A stretch of 63,416 nucleotides of DNA, the filler included, from Reticulomyxa filosa (taxonomy: Eukaryota; Protista; Foraminifera): assembly GCA_000512085.1 (NCBI GenBank). It is 21 parts of 21 records of this genome, joined end to end, with 100 filler letters (N's around TTAATTAATTAA, not from the genome) between each part and the next. Parts side by side here need not be neighbours in the genome. Positions count along the whole stretch, not along the records: positions 1 to 1,413 come from ASPP01010757.1; positions 1,514 to 2,956 come from ASPP01001002.1; positions 3,057 to 4,513 come from ASPP01010038.1; positions 4,614 to 5,849 come from ASPP01042759.1; positions 5,950 to 8,165 come from ASPP01000151.1; positions 8,266 to 12,912 come from ASPP01020193.1; 15 more parts are not named here. One strand, written 5' to 3'. The position numbers were made by a program, and so were the translations under genes. The notes beneath the pieces are model-generated. The model worked only from the letters and a program-made list of their open reading frames with translations. It ran no database searches and was not told where the DNA came from. Of this stretch, positions 1-12,912 are shown piece after piece. Numbering within the stretch: the first letter of the stretch is position 1; each line of letters opens with the position of its first letter.

Positions 1-828
1 AAAAAAAAGTTTATTGTTGTTGATTGGTTGAACCTTGAACAAAACTATTTTTTTTTTTTTTGAAATAGAAGTGTGATCGATTTTTTATTTAACTGTAATG
101 TTTCATTGAAAAAGTAATAACTCTCCACTGACTCTGCCGAGACTTTGGTCTCTTCTTCCCCTTCCATAAGTAGCCTGTCCACCAGGATATTTTCTAAACG
201 TAGATGTGCCGTAGCACTTGCGTTTTTTGCTTTAACATATTTTTCCCAATATATATCTTCTGTAATTTCTTGATGGGGCATTGAAATTTGAAGATCTAGC
301 GTGATATCTAAATCAAAAAGTTGAAACAGCAAAGAGAAACAAAAGCGAACAACTTGGAAGGAAAAAAACTTGGCGCAAGGGGAGCACCAGACTTGGGACT
401 GCCATTTTTTTTTTTGGCTTTTTTTTTAAAAAAATATAACCATCGAAGACAATCTTAATAGCAATGGAATATTCTTTTTATTATTAAAAGAAAAATGTAA
501 CGCATTAGTAGATCGATGGCATAAAAGATAATTCGTATCGTGTCTTTGCGTGCCATAAATAAAAACATAACCCAAAAAGTTAAAAAAAAGGATGGTGCAA
601 AAATTTGAAAAGGAAAATAGTCAAAACGGGGACACACTAAAAAAATCCTATGCAAGGTTGGTCGATTTACAACTCTCTCGCCACTCTCACTGAAAGCTTC
701 TTCTTTCTTTCTTTCACCAGATTTGAAAGGAGAACGAGGGGGGTGGAAAAAAAAAAGAGAAACCGCAATAAGATAAGATGTTAAAACATTTTATAACCAA
801 TAAAACAAACAGTTAAAATTTGAAAACG

Positions 829-1413
829 CTAGACGTTATACTTTTCTCGAATTTGTTTTACCAGTTCTTTGTTCATTCGTTGAAGTACTGATTCCCAATG
901 TTCGCCCGCAGCGGTTTTGAATAGCGACAATACCTATACATAAAATGTAGTTTTTTTGTTGTTGTTGTTTTTTTTTTTTTTTTTGCATTTAAAAATTCAA
1001 CAGCATACAAACACAAACAACAAAAATGAGATGTGATAAGCAACACCTTGGCAAAAGAAGTTTGCAATGTCTGCGGTGGGTTTCTCCAAGAACAAATGGC
1101 ACGGAACAAAGCAACAAGACCGAGATTGTGACTGACAACGACTTTTGGATTTGCGGTAATCATTCCGACTAGCGTTTGAAACGCCATGAGTTTGTCCTGG
1201 TCTTCAGGAAACTCCGTCAGAGCATTCATCCACTCCACTGCAAATTTGTCCCAGAACTTGAGGACATCCTCCGGGAATACATATGCGAGTCGAGCTAATG
1301 TGATCGCCGCATTGGGTTTTATTATTTTCTTCATTTTTTTGGGATCTCCTTTTAATATTGCTATTAAATGGTCCAAAATTTTCTGATATTTGTATTTTAT
1401 TGTCCATTTTTTT
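829..1413 (-). CDS. TNPO1: Transportin-1 / importin beta-2, C-terminal part (5'-truncated; intron 934-1046)
   Basis: NAAITLARLAYVFPEDV...EWMNALTEFPEDQDKLMAF...NP...AICSWRNPP...FAK|VLSLFKTAAGEHWESV...IREKYNV* matches the last HEAT repeats of transportin-1. The GT..AG intron restores the typical C-terminus. Confidence 0.85.
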
Positions 1414-1513
1414 NNNNNNNNNNNNNNNNNNNNNNNNNNNNNNNNNNNNNNNNNNNNTTAATTAATTAANNNNNNNNNNNNNNNNNNNNNNNNNNNNNNN
1501 NNNNNNNNNNNNN
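1414..1513. other. Artificial contig linker (N44-TTAATTAATTAA-N44), first of 20
   Basis: Identical 100-nt spacers start at 1414, 2957, 4514, 5850, 8166, 12913, 21555, 25739, 28013, 29113, 33709, 37492, 40989, 42472, 45065, 47722, 51208, 53912, 55614 and 60183. TTAATTAATTAA gives stops in all six frames. Confidence 0.99.
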
Positions 1514-3098
1514 TGGTGTTATTCTTTGAATAACGTATAATTTGGAAAAAAAGGTCCATATCGGTGTAATATGCTAATGATTGATTGAAAGGGTGAGCTG
1601 CGCAACCTGTATTCCAAGTTATAATATTTTTTTATAATAATGTGATTGGAAAAAACTTAAAAAATGTATGGTGGATACACACTTATATAACATAGGTCTC
1701 AACGAACACTACACATGCCAATCGAACATTGGAAAGTGGTTGCGGTGCAGCAAGCAATGATGAAGTCAAATAATGCCAAGTTTTGGTATATCCGATTGCA
1801 AGTATTGATACTTGTATCAAATGTTGTTTGTTTGTCCAATTGTAATTTCTTTTTATTTTTTTTAAAAAAGTAACAGCAATGTCTCTCCAGCTCACCTAAT
1901 TTCTTTCGCATCAAATCATATTCATTGTAAAAAATTTCTGAATTAATATCTTAAATCTAAAAAAAAGTTCAAATCGAATCGCTGCAATTTTTGTTTTCGC
2001 TTGTGTCTTTGAGAAAACTGATAATGGAATTAATTGCGATGATATGCAATAGACTCTTAATATTGCTTCGAGTTAGTGCCAATGAAAAAAAATAGTGCTC
2101 TAAAAGAGCCACGCGTAAGCGTCGAAATAGGAATTAACTCTTGCCACTATTCCTGGCAAAAAAGATCTCGAATAGTATCTTCTTGCTGTCAAGAATAGAA
2201 AAAGAAAAAGTCTAAATCCAATGAAGCAATTAGAACAAAAATAGCGGTAATATTGATGATTCGAAGTTGGTAAGATGTGCAAGTTCTTTGGATATGAAAA
2301 TGAACAAAGGATTCTGAAATTCCAGAAAAGGCAGAAGACGGTAATAAAAAAAAGAATATTAAAACAAGAGTTTTAAAAAAACAATATAAATGGAATTCGC
2401 ACCCTGCCAAACGCATTTCCACAACAAAGATTGCTATCTTCTGAGCCAGAGAAGTTAATTTTATGATATTGAGAACGGAGTTTCCACAACCAAATAGTTT
2501 TGTCATTTGAAGTTGATACCATTTTAAATCAGGCGAAAATTGTATACTTCAGGTACGTATAATACATTCATCCCAAAAAAAAGGCTCACTAATTATGTAC
2601 ATGCCCTTTCCTTTTTTTTGATCTTGTCCAAAGTGATCTATTTTTTTTAATTGATCTCGAGTTGGCAACAGTGCCACAGGACAATGAATTCCTTCATGTA
2701 GATATTTTTTATTGTTTTTTTAAGTTGTAACGGAAAAACGAAACATAACTTGCAAACTTGAATTCACACTAATAACCAATGATACCATAACCACGACAGA
2801 TTATTTCCAAAAAAGATTATCTTCGCTTGTTTTGTGTTTTCGCAATACACGCCAGCTGACAAAAAAAAATGTTTGAAAAGTTACAAAGGGAAGAGAGAGA
2901 AAAAGTATATGAAAAAAAAAATAAAGTAATTTACACGCTTACCTCACAGATTTATTNNNNNNNNNNNNNNNNNNNNNNNNNNNNNNNNNNNNNNNNNNNN
3001 TTAATTAATTAANNNNNNNNNNNNNNNNNNNNNNNNNNNNNNNNNNNNNNNNNNNNTTTTTTTTAAAAAAAAAAAAAAAAAAATTAATGAGAAACACG

Positions 3099-4476
3099 CT
3101 AACAAACAAAACAAAAAATTGTTACGAAACCCAGTTTTTTTAATTGTGGATATTGAAAGTTGCCACAGGTGATGTCCAACACCTTTTGGATTACATAGTT
3201 GCCATACTTGTGAGTGCAGAGCATTTTGGCATAGGGAGTAAAATATTGCAGCAGCTGGCGCACTGTATGGACTTGCTCCTTTACATCTGCTTGGCAGAGT
3301 GTCCTTCGATTGGGTTCTGGTTTTTTTTTCTCATCACTTGGGTTGACTTCACGCAAAGACGACATTAAAGGATCTTCCTTTGTCTTTTTTTTTTTTTTTA
3401 TACAAGTTTTTTTTTTTTTTTATCTTCCTATTTTCGTTCAATCCAATGAGTACGAGGGGGGATGTGTTTTTTTGTTCCTGTTTCCCCCCAACCCCTCCCC
3501 TTTTTTTTTTTCCTCTTCCCCTCTCTCCTTTTTTTTTTTTCCTCCCCTCTTCGCTCACAAAACAAACTTGAATATGTTTGTCCTGGGAAAATGAAATCGA
3601 GCGTAGGAAATGAAAGAAATGGTTGTCATTGCCATTGTCATGGCTGCGATGGTCACCAATGTGGCCATTAGGCTCCTGGTTATTTGCATTTGGGAGGGAA
3701 TCACCACCACAATTACTACCATCTAATTTGGGAGCAGAGGTGGGCTGCAGTTCGGGATGAACTACGTATTCTTCGCACAATTGTTGCAAGTAACAAGCGC
3801 CTGCTTTGTCCAAGCACAAAGAGACCACCAATGTGGATCCGCCAATTTCGATTACATCAGTTAGTGAGTACTGAAAGTATCGTAACACCTCAGTGTTGAA
3901 CCCATCGCCATTTTTTATCACACCATTTTTCGATATCTGTACCAATACATCTTTTTTCCATTGAGTGTTTGCCTTGGTTTCATCTTTTTTTTTTTTTTGT
4001 ATACGTTTATTTGCATACATAACAAAACACTTATTTTGCTCTTTTTTTATTTTTTTTTTAAAAAAAAAAAAAAGGGAAATTTTTTTTTGTTTGTCTCCTT
4101 TCGGAGGTCTTTTTATGTTATTTGTCGATGGTAATGAATATGACACGTACGCATTTCCGGCAAACGCGCAGATTTGTTGCTCTCATTACTTTTGCTATTG
4201 GTTAGACTCCTTTTGTAACCACTCGATACTGCGGATGATGTCTTGGATTCTTCTCCGGTTGCACTGCCACCACTCCAGTTACTGCTACTAGACAACACTT
4301 CTGGCTGTTGACTGTAAGTGTCGGTCATTGCTTCTGTCGCCACCCTCAGCGGTGACAGACTCTTTTGCATCATTCGTTCTCTTTCCATATCCATTGACAC
4401 TTTTGATCTTGTCGGGCTGTGCAATGTTGGCAGGACATCCGTTGGGATTTTGGGATTTTCATTGGCACACCAAAAA

Positions 4477-4513
<37 letters not shown>
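3099..4513 (-). CDS. Pumilio/PUF-repeat RNA-binding protein, partial and intron-containing
   Basis: PUF motifs LCTHKYGNYVIQKVLD and LCLDKAGACYLQQL, preceded by a Ser-rich low-complexity region. Exon boundaries are uncertain. Confidence 0.75.
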
Positions 4514-4613
4514 NNNNNNNNNNNNNNNNNNNNNNNNNNNNNNNNNNNNNNNNNNNNTTAATTAATTAANNNNNNNNNNNNNNNNNNNNNNNNNNNNNNN
4601 NNNNNNNNNNNNN

Positions 4614-4690
4614 TTTTTCATGGAGAAAATCAATAATCTTCATAAGGTGGCATTTTAGGTGTGCAGTTTTTTATACAATCTGTTACTATA
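4614..4690. mobile_element. Solo, diverged copy of the Tc1 terminal inverted repeat end
   Basis: tttttcatggagaaa...ataaggtggcattttag.tgt...ttactata resembles 6794-6868 (ttttttcattgagaaa...ataaggtggcattttagttgt...ttactgta). Confidence 0.7.
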
Positions 4691-4779
4691 ATTTATTTTT
4701 AAAAATATATAAGATTTTGAATTAACAATAATTTTACAAACACATAACAATACAGTTAACAGTATAAGCTTTTCTACAG

Positions 4780-4945
4780 ATTGTTGCAAAATTATCATAT
4801 TATCATACTATTCGAATATGGGATCAAACAACTTAAAATTTTTAGAGTATATGCTAATCAAGCATTACTGTAAAATTTTCACCAAATGGACGTATCATTA
4901 TTTCATGATCAGCTGATAGACAATTCGATTATGGGGAACTGAAAT
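4780..4945 (+). pseudogene. WD40-repeat remnant
   Basis: Translates across shifting frames as IRIWD..KQLKI...VKFSPNGRIIIS*SAD.IRLWG, with a stop and indels. Confidence 0.6.
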
Positions 4946-5582
4946 AATGAGATTTTAAAAAAATTTATGTAAAATATTGGATGTAAATATTCCGTAATAT
5001 CTTAAATGAGAAAAATATATAAGTAAAATAACTATTCATACATTGATTTGAACAATTTACTACTATCAAATGCTTTGTACATTTTGCACATTATTGCTTG
5101 AGTCAGTAGCAATTTGATTTCAAGAAAGTCTGTCAGTGCTTGCTAACTTTGATTAAAAAGTAAGCAAGCACTTATCCTTCCTTCTTTTCGGTATTCTTCA
5201 ATTTCTTTTTGATCACGAAGTTCTGAAATATGACTGTAACGTGGTTTCTCTTTTTTTCATTTTCTATATCAGGAATTGTTTGAAAAATGGGATTTTCTCA
5301 ACAAAAGGATTTGCTTGAATATTTACAATAATTTATGAAGCATTTGGTTCTTTAGCAGGTAAATCAAATGAACCTAAAGGAACTGCTGTGTTGTAGTCAA
5401 CATATTTTAATATTGTTAATGCTTGAATCGCTTTGCAATCAAGTTAAAACAGCTTGAGTGTAAATTAAGATTGACAAGACATTAGAAAGCGATAATAACA
5501 CAAAACAAAAAATTAGGGTGTTATCATCACAAAAATTTCCCGGTTCAATTGAAGGATTTATTTTGAAATTAACATCATAATC

Positions 5583-5849
5583 ATGCTTGCATCAAAGCTT
5601 CAAAAAACATTTCCTAAGATAAGTAAAGAGATCATTTCAGAGGCATTGAAATTATCTTCTCAAAATGTTAAAAAGGCAAAAGACCTCTTAACACGGCTAA
5701 CAAAGAACACGTAACAATAAATTTTTATGTGTTTTTTTTTTCTTTGTTTTAACAATTATTGTTTTACATATTTTAATACAGGACTAATTTACAACAACAA
5801 CATCATTTAATGCTTTTATTTAAACAATTCGGCAATATACTTGAAAAAA
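5583..5849 (+). CDS. 5' fragment of a hypothetical protein with a CUE/UBA-like helical N-terminus (one intron)
   Basis: MLASKLQKTFPKISKEIISEALKLSSQNVKKAKDLL fits the CUE-like pattern L...FP.+..+.I...L.....V..A...L. A GT..AG intron follows, then NLQQQHHLMLLFKQFGNILEK to the contig end. Confidence 0.45.
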
Positions 5850-5949
5850 NNNNNNNNNNNNNNNNNNNNNNNNNNNNNNNNNNNNNNNNNNNNTTAATTA
5901 ATTAANNNNNNNNNNNNNNNNNNNNNNNNNNNNNNNNNNNNNNNNNNNN

Positions 5950-6868
5950 TTTTTTCCAAAATTTTATTCTTTCATTTGATTTGGTAAAATTTCCTAAAAA
6001 AAGTTTACAATCGTGTTTTTCTCGAAGTCATGAAATTTGCCAATCTTTTTTTAAACAGTTTTTGAGATTTTTTTTTTTTTAGGTGTTTGATATTGATTTT
6101 TGTCATTTTGATTATTTTATTGCAGAAATATTGATTGACAATTATTAGATAGAAATTCTATAACAAGAATATCAAAATTTGGTGATGGAAGCATTTTAGT
6201 ATGGTCATGTTTTGGTGCATTATGAATAAGTTATGCTTGCAAGGCAGAAAGTGGAGTAAATACTAATATATATAAAGAAATTTTATCTGACGAAATCTGA
6301 AAACATCAATTGCTGCTTATAAAATAAAGATGATTGGATTTTCAGCAAGATAATGCAACATGCTATAAATCGGGAAAAATTATTAAATGGTTAAAATAAA
6401 AAAATGAAAACAATGAATTTCCTGATTTAAATCCAATTGAAAATCTTTTGTTTATAGTAAATACAATGATTCACAAAAAAGGACTATTTAATACTAATGA
6501 AAAAATCTTTGAACCAATTCGAAACAGAATGAGAAAAAATTGAAACAAACATTTGTGAAACCTTAATAAAGTCAATGACAAATAGAATGCATGCAGTTAA
6601 AAAGGCCAAAATAGATATAACACGTTGGTAAACTTAAATTAAATTATAAAAAACAAATCTTATCATACTCAGGCGCCACAAAAAATTTTTTTAAAGTAAA
6701 TGAAAGAATAAAATTTTGGAAAAAATTAGAAAGACTTAATAAAAAACCAAAATGATATTTAAAAACTACACGATTCGTAGATATTAAATGTTGTTTTTTC
6801 ATTGAGAAACACTATCATCTATATAAGGTGGCATTTTAGTTGTCAACTTTCTTTTTTATCTTACTGTA
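5950..6868 (+). mobile_element. Degenerate Tc1/mariner (Tc1-type DDE) DNA transposon with long TIRs
   Basis: Transposase remnant at about 6170-6630: KFGDGSILVWSCF, FQQDNATCY, PDLNPIENL, LIKSMTNRMHAVKKAK, with stops and deletions. 5950-5978 is the inverse complement of about 6698-6726. The right end is ...ACTG followed by TA at 6867-6868. Confidence 0.88.
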
Positions 6869-8897
6869 TTATGTTGAACTGATTAACAAATAATCAACAG
6901 TTAAAAGATGAAATAAAATTTATTGTTCAATATTGGGTTCGAGCTTTAAAGATAAAATTAGTATAGATCGATGATTTTGATAAATTATATTCAAATACAG
7001 TAAAAATAATGTTTGAAATCTAAATGTCTCACATATCATATTTTTTATAAAAAAACAATTAAATGTCTGTTCTTTGTTTGAGTTATTTTTTAAAGATAAA
7101 ACTCCGTTGTAGTTGCACATCAATAAAAGTGTTTATTTTGTTGTTGAATATTAATAAGTTTTCTTTTAATAGCTCCCTCATTTGCTTGTCTTAATAATTA
7201 TGGTTACGAGAACGTTTGAAATAATGTTTGACATCACGCTAATATGTTGGTTAATTCTCCATTTCGTTGGGATTAAAAAGTCCGAAGCTATTTTTGGATT
7301 AAGAATCAATAAACAAAGTTTAAGGCATTCGCATTTCAAGGGCATCAAAGCTTGCCACAAGTGTCGCCGTAAAAAAAAACACAAAAAAGTGGCATAATAG
7401 TTTGGGAAGGAAAAGAAACCCACAACCAACAAAGCAGCAAACTGATATGATTAAATCAAGATCAGTCAAAATATTTTTTATCAAAATTTAAAAAATGTAC
7501 AACACCAAAAACAGGGAAAAAAAGAGCAAATACATCAAAATAAGAAAGAGGAAAAGACTATTTGTAATCCAAATTCAAATTACGCATTCAAAGTGTCTCA
7601 TATATATGGGGGAAGCAAGTGAGAGAAAAAAAAGGGGAGGGGGGGAAAAAACAACAATAAAACAAATTAAAACAGACAACATCATATCACAACAAATGCA
7701 AAGATAATTTTGACATTTATTTTATTTGTCTCAACATCCTTAAGGAAGCGTGAGTTGTGTAGTGGATGAATTTTGTCCGACATATAACAAAACAAAGTTG
7801 TAATGAAAAAAGGTCCAAGAGGAAGTTAAAAAAAAGAGGAAGGGGGGCACAACAAGAAAAACACAAAAAAAAAAGAAAAAAATTTACAATTAATTAAATT
7901 TGAAATTTTTCTCTCTCTGTACAGTTGAGAATTTTTTGGAAGTTGTTTGTAACTAAAGCCAAAAATTCTTGAGAAGGACGACAAAGGGGGGGGGGGAGAG
8001 AAAAAATAAGAAGAAATTTAAATGCGACCAAACGCCCGTGACACCCTTTTAGTAGTGTCAACAGTGTCATCATTAAAGCCGGTTTGCTGTTTCCTTTTTT
8101 CATTTTGATCAAGATGTTCCGACTGTGAATGTGGGGACATAGGGCCCAAGCCAACTCTCGTTGAANNNNNNNNNNNNNNNNNNNNNNNNNNNNNNNNNNN
8201 NNNNNNNNNTTAATTAATTAANNNNNNNNNNNNNNNNNNNNNNNNNNNNNNNNNNNNNNNNNNNNTTCAAACCCTTTCGGTTCCAACACACAAAAATTGA
8301 CTGTCACATTCAATTACACATTTTCATATCAACTTCATTAAAAAAAAAACAACCCTTTTTTTAATTATTAAATTTTTATTTACTTGAATCCTTCGCCGTT
8401 TTCAAGGATGCAAAGTTGATCGCAGTTGCAAAAAACACAACTCGATTTTTTTTTTCACTTGTTATCATCTGCGACTTTGCTTGTTCTTTTGATGTTTTAT
8501 TTTATGCCCAAAAATCGTATTTAATTGTTCTGCCTGTTAGGTGTGCACGTTGTAAATTTAACGCTTTGTACTGCGTATTTTTGCAACGAGAACGTTAGGA
8601 GGCCATTTCATTTTTTGCATCAAAAACACATTCTCCAAATCTCTTCTCGTGCTGTTCCTCCTAACTGTTGAATTTCTGGTTATCATTGGTTTTTCCTTAC
8701 TTCTTTCACCAAATCTATCCCAAAGAAAATATTTTAATCAAGTGTCTTGTTCAAGACAAGAAGTGGAGGGATGTCGTACGAAAGTCATGCATGTGAATTT
8801 TGAATATCAGGATATCCATAAGAAATAAAAAGTGATGCTAATGTTTAAAACTTGAACAAATTTTGTTTTTTTTTTGAAAAAAATATAAAAAAAAGAG

Positions 8898-9806
8898 TTA
8901 TTTTGAGTCCATAATTTTAAGTAGCTCATCAATGGCACGAATTGTATTAGATGTGGTAAGATTGGACGCATTTCTTTGCGGCGGATTAGGTGCATGAACT
9001 TTGGCAGCAGAACTACTATGAGTATCTGCATCCGCACCAACACCCACCCCAATATCGAAAGTGTGTGTGAAAGGTCCATCACTGACAAACTCCAAGGCTT
9101 GTCGATTGCCAAAGGTGCCATGTTTAACTTCGATATGATCTAAGAGATTCATTTCTTGTTTGTTTGCAGTGTTGGATGTTTGCTCCTTCAATAGGTCGAT
9201 CAGATAGCCATATAACACTTGTGCTTTTTCGTTATTCTCGACAGAATGATATTGGACACCTGCTCTTGCAATCAAAAAAAAAAAGGGGGTGACTATGATT
9301 GAACTTTTTTTTTTTTGAAGAGAAGAAGCGCAATATATTGTATATGACACATAAACAAACCAGAAGCACCAGATTGCATCTTGCCTCCTAAGCTGAATTG
9401 AGGAATAACTAATATCGATACGTTTTTTCGCGTGTCATTTTTATCTATTTTATGCAATCGAAATAGCTTCTTTTTCAATAAGCGATTTACCAACTTTTTT
9501 TGCCACCCAAATTTAAACAAATACACAAATAAACTTTAACCAAGTGAATCAATAAAACAAAATAGCTGAATAATACATATACATATATGCAAATACCATG
9601 TCAATTTCTTCATTCGTTGCTGGTTTCAAAAATGACACGTAAAGTATCATCCCTTCGCCGATTTCTGTCCACTCCTCTTTGTTGTCCTTACACGTTCATA
9701 CCAAAAAAAAAAATCTTTTTTATATCTTGTTTTGTGTTCCAATGTGTAATCTTACAACGAGGAGCTTGGCTTTCTTCACTGTTTGGACGACTATTCGAAT
9801 TGGCAT
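8898..9806 (-). CDS. DTD2: D-aminoacyl-tRNA deacylase 2 / ATD-like protein (4 exons)
   Basis: Spliced product MPIRIVVQTVKKAKLLV|DNKEEWTEIGEGMILYVSFLKP...|LVNRLL...VSILVIPQFSLGGK...|VQYHS...VKHGTFGNRQALEFVSDGPFTHTFDI. The LGG, QYH, HGTxGNRQ and GPFTH motifs are diagnostic of DTD2/ATD. Confidence 0.88.
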
Positions 9807-10157
9807 TATAATTATCAAGGGGCTAGCACTAAACTTTTAAATCAGCAAAAAAACAATAAAAAAATAGATATCAACAGAAAATGAGAAATAATTTTAAAAG
9901 TATTTTTAATTTGAAGATCTAGTAATCATTTGAATTTGCAAACGCAAAATGAACCGAGAAAATTGTTCTGCTGTGACTTTGAGTTTCTGTTTTTTTTTCT
10001 GTAAGTTTTAAATTAGAAACTTATTTAAAAAAAGAGGGAGCAGTAGTGAAAAAAATGAACGAAACTTCTGAATGAATTGACTTTTGACAAAAACGTACGG
10101 AAGAAAAAAAAGATGAAAACTTGCAAGTTGATATCTAAAAAAAAGAGAAAAAAAAAT

Positions 10158-11333
10158 TTAAACGGAAGTGGGAAAATTTTCTGTTACTTTAAATCTTTGC
10201 AGCAACAAATAACGATTGAGGAAGGAAAGAGCAATGGGATGCAAAGAGCCAAACAACCACGAAACAATGAAAAGATACTTTGGAAAAGAAATAAAAGGGA
10301 GATTTTGTTCCAAGCCGTCAAGAATGAATAGAGCAGCTTGTTCTGCGGTGACAAAGGCAAACTTAGGAAGGGGGTTGGTTTTACGTTTGCCGTCGTCACT
10401 ATTTTTTTTGGATTTGTGAATTGGAGTGTCAACAAACCCTGGAGCCACAAAGGTCAGATCGATGGCCCAATAACGCAACTGAGGTCTCAGATCGTCACAT
10501 AAACAACGTACTGCGCATTTGCTTGCTTTATTCCATTTGTGTGTGTGTATACGTATACGTTTAGACAAACAAAAAAAAGTTTAGAGTCCATTGTGTATAC
10601 ATATATATATATATATTGAAACCTGAATATGCATCGTGAGTGATAGGTAAAAATGACGCCAATGATCCGATAACAGCAATGTGTGGTCTTTGTGCCCTAC
10701 GTACCAGTTGATCTTGAAAATTTTTGATTGCAGGCAAGATAGTATTTAACACTCCGAGAACGTTGATGGACAAAAAATCTTTGGAGGCACTCCAATATTC
10801 TTTAGAGTCAATAGTCATTTCACCAACTCCGGCATTAGCAATTACCAGATCCAATTCATATTTGTTGTCCATCGTTTGCAACAGGTTTTTCATGGCTTGC
10901 GCGTCACTTACATCGACACTCTTGCACACTACTTGCAAAGGATATGTCGATGATATTGTCGGATCATCCATACTTTGGAGTTGCTCTTTTATTTCTTTCA
11001 ATTGTTCCTCGTTTCTTCCTGTCAGGATCAGTGTCATTTTTTTGCTTGCACCTTCCCTTGCGGCTCGCCTTTTTACCAAGGCCAGAGCCAGTGCTTTTCC
11101 GATCCCACTTGACCCACCTGTTATTAATATGCTCTTAAACTCCTTTTTTTTGTTCCCAAGTCATGCTTTCTTTGGTACTTCCAAAATATATATGGCGACA
11201 TCACTATTGTAACCAAGTCCATTACCAACCGTCCCACGTGAAACATAACAAACCAAATCCAACTCAACAAATAACGCACAACCAATAAGCCCCAAAGACT
11301 ACTTTCCTGAAATCGTTGTGCGATCTGCAACAT
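10158..11333 (-). CDS. Short-chain dehydrogenase/reductase with hydrophobic N-terminus (one intron; frameshift in an A-run near 11145)
   Basis: ILITGGSSGIG, DLVIANAG, INVLG, YS|ASK catalytic motif spanning the intron, and APGFVDTP. Confidence 0.88.
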
Positions 11334-11818
11334 TGCTTTTTTTAAAAAAGAGCGATGATATAGATTTATTGCCAAGGGGCGTTCATACTTGTTCAAAACT
11401 TTTTTGCTCCTCGTTACGCTTGCCAGAGGAACAGAAAAAGATTGTCGCATTGAAAAAAGGGAAATAAAAAACTGATACAAGTCGTGTAATTTAATCAAAG
11501 TCTATATAAGGAAACACTTTACATAGCACCTGCTTTTCCCATAACATAACAAACAGCCCTCAAAAAATCAAATTCTATTTCAGTCGGAACGCGCCAACTT
11601 CTTAAACAAAAAAAAGTGCTGATGCAAAGTGGAGAGGTTGGACCAAATATTGAAAGTAGTTTTTTTTATAAAAAGAAGGGTCAATTTTTTGATATCAATT
11701 GAATGAATCAAAGTTTAAAAAAACAAAAACCCATCAATCAACCAAAGTCGAGTAAACAAATTCAATTTGAAATGACTTGGTCAGAGTTTCCAAGACAGAA
11801 GCTAAACAAAACAAAGAT

Positions 11819-12127
11819 TCAGTAATTGTCATCGTAGGACGGCAACAGGTCGTAGCTATAGCCGCGATATCCCAAATAAGTGTATAAAATGATGGAAGAG
11901 GCATACGAGCCAGGGATAAATGCGATACCGCCCAAAATCCATAATGGCAATGCATCATGCAAACCATAGGTAAAATATGTGCCCAGGCCTATCATAAGAA
12001 GTACTACCCCCAAAAATAACAAAAACACTGCTATGGCTGTCGTTCGAACAGGGAGCTGCTTTCGTTTTGTTTGTTCGTCCATGTCAAATACTGGGCGAAA
12101 TTTTTTCTTTGTTGCTCCTCCACACAT
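11819..12127 (-). CDS. TMEM230: Transmembrane protein 230-like (DUF872)
   Basis: Two TM helices, FIPGSY, and the C-terminal GYRGYSYDLLPSYDD characteristic of TMEM230. Confidence 0.85.
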   Translation of the reverse strand: MCGGATKKKFRPVFDMDEQTKRKQLPVRTTAIAVFLLFLGVVLLMIGLGTYFTYGLHDALPLWILGGIAFIPGSYASSIILYTYLGYRGYSYDLLPSYDDNY

Positions 12128-12740
12128 ATTTCAATGTTCCTTTCCAACGTTTAAGGTTCAAAGTTTATATATTTCTATGATTGATAATCTAGGGGCGCGC
12201 ACAAAGATTTTTTTTAACGTTCGTTCAACGTGCTAGGGACGATGTACTTTCAATTGAATTTGTGCAGAATATTTTTAAATGATGTTAGTAGTAAGTATTT
12301 ATTTTTACTATAGAAGGGTGAGCTCTCTTGAAGAGGATCAAGTGTTTGAGTCATTCTGTAGAAATGATTGCAAAAAAAAACAAGGAAATGTGACAACCAA
12401 TTGCTGTCACTTTAAAAAGAGTAATACAAAATGATGATAAATAATGCACAAGCGCACGCAGTCAAAAAAAAAAAAGAGCAAAGAATATGTGTTTGCATTA
12501 CTTGCAATGAAGCCTTGAAAAAGTACAAGAGAAGAAGAAGAGGGAAGACATATGACATGTGATAGTTTGCAGTTTGCACCTCCAGGTTGGGATCACTTTT
12601 GCACGGTGTCATTAGCACGGTGGATTAAGTAAAAGAAGAAGATAAGATCAAAGACATTATAAAATTAAGGATTGGATTTAACAAACAAATTGAAAGAAAA
12701 AAAAAAAAAAAATAAGACAAAAGTTTAAAAATGAGAAGTG

Positions 12741-12912
12741 ATTAATTTTTTTGTTGCTGCCCTTGCCCCTGTGAGCCCCCTTCGACCTCCTCACCATCAC
12801 CGTCATTACCATCATTATTATCATCATCATTACCATCATTATTACCATCATCATTACCAGCATCAGCATCAGCATCAGCGTTATTAGCAAAATGAGAAGG
12901 AGGATTGACAAA
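12741..12912 (-). CDS. C-terminal acidic, Asn/Asp-rich tail of an unidentified protein (fragment)
   Basis: One frame reads PPSHFANNADADADAGNDDGNNDGNDDD...EEVEGGSQGQGQQQKN*. Confidence 0.4.

Noticed and set aside
45-405. Short minus-strand ORF at the window start
   Set aside because: It may be a 5' exon with a frameshifted signal peptide, but there is no supporting motif.
1514-2956. Possible coding remnants in contig 2
   Set aside because: Stops in all frames and no motif I can assign.
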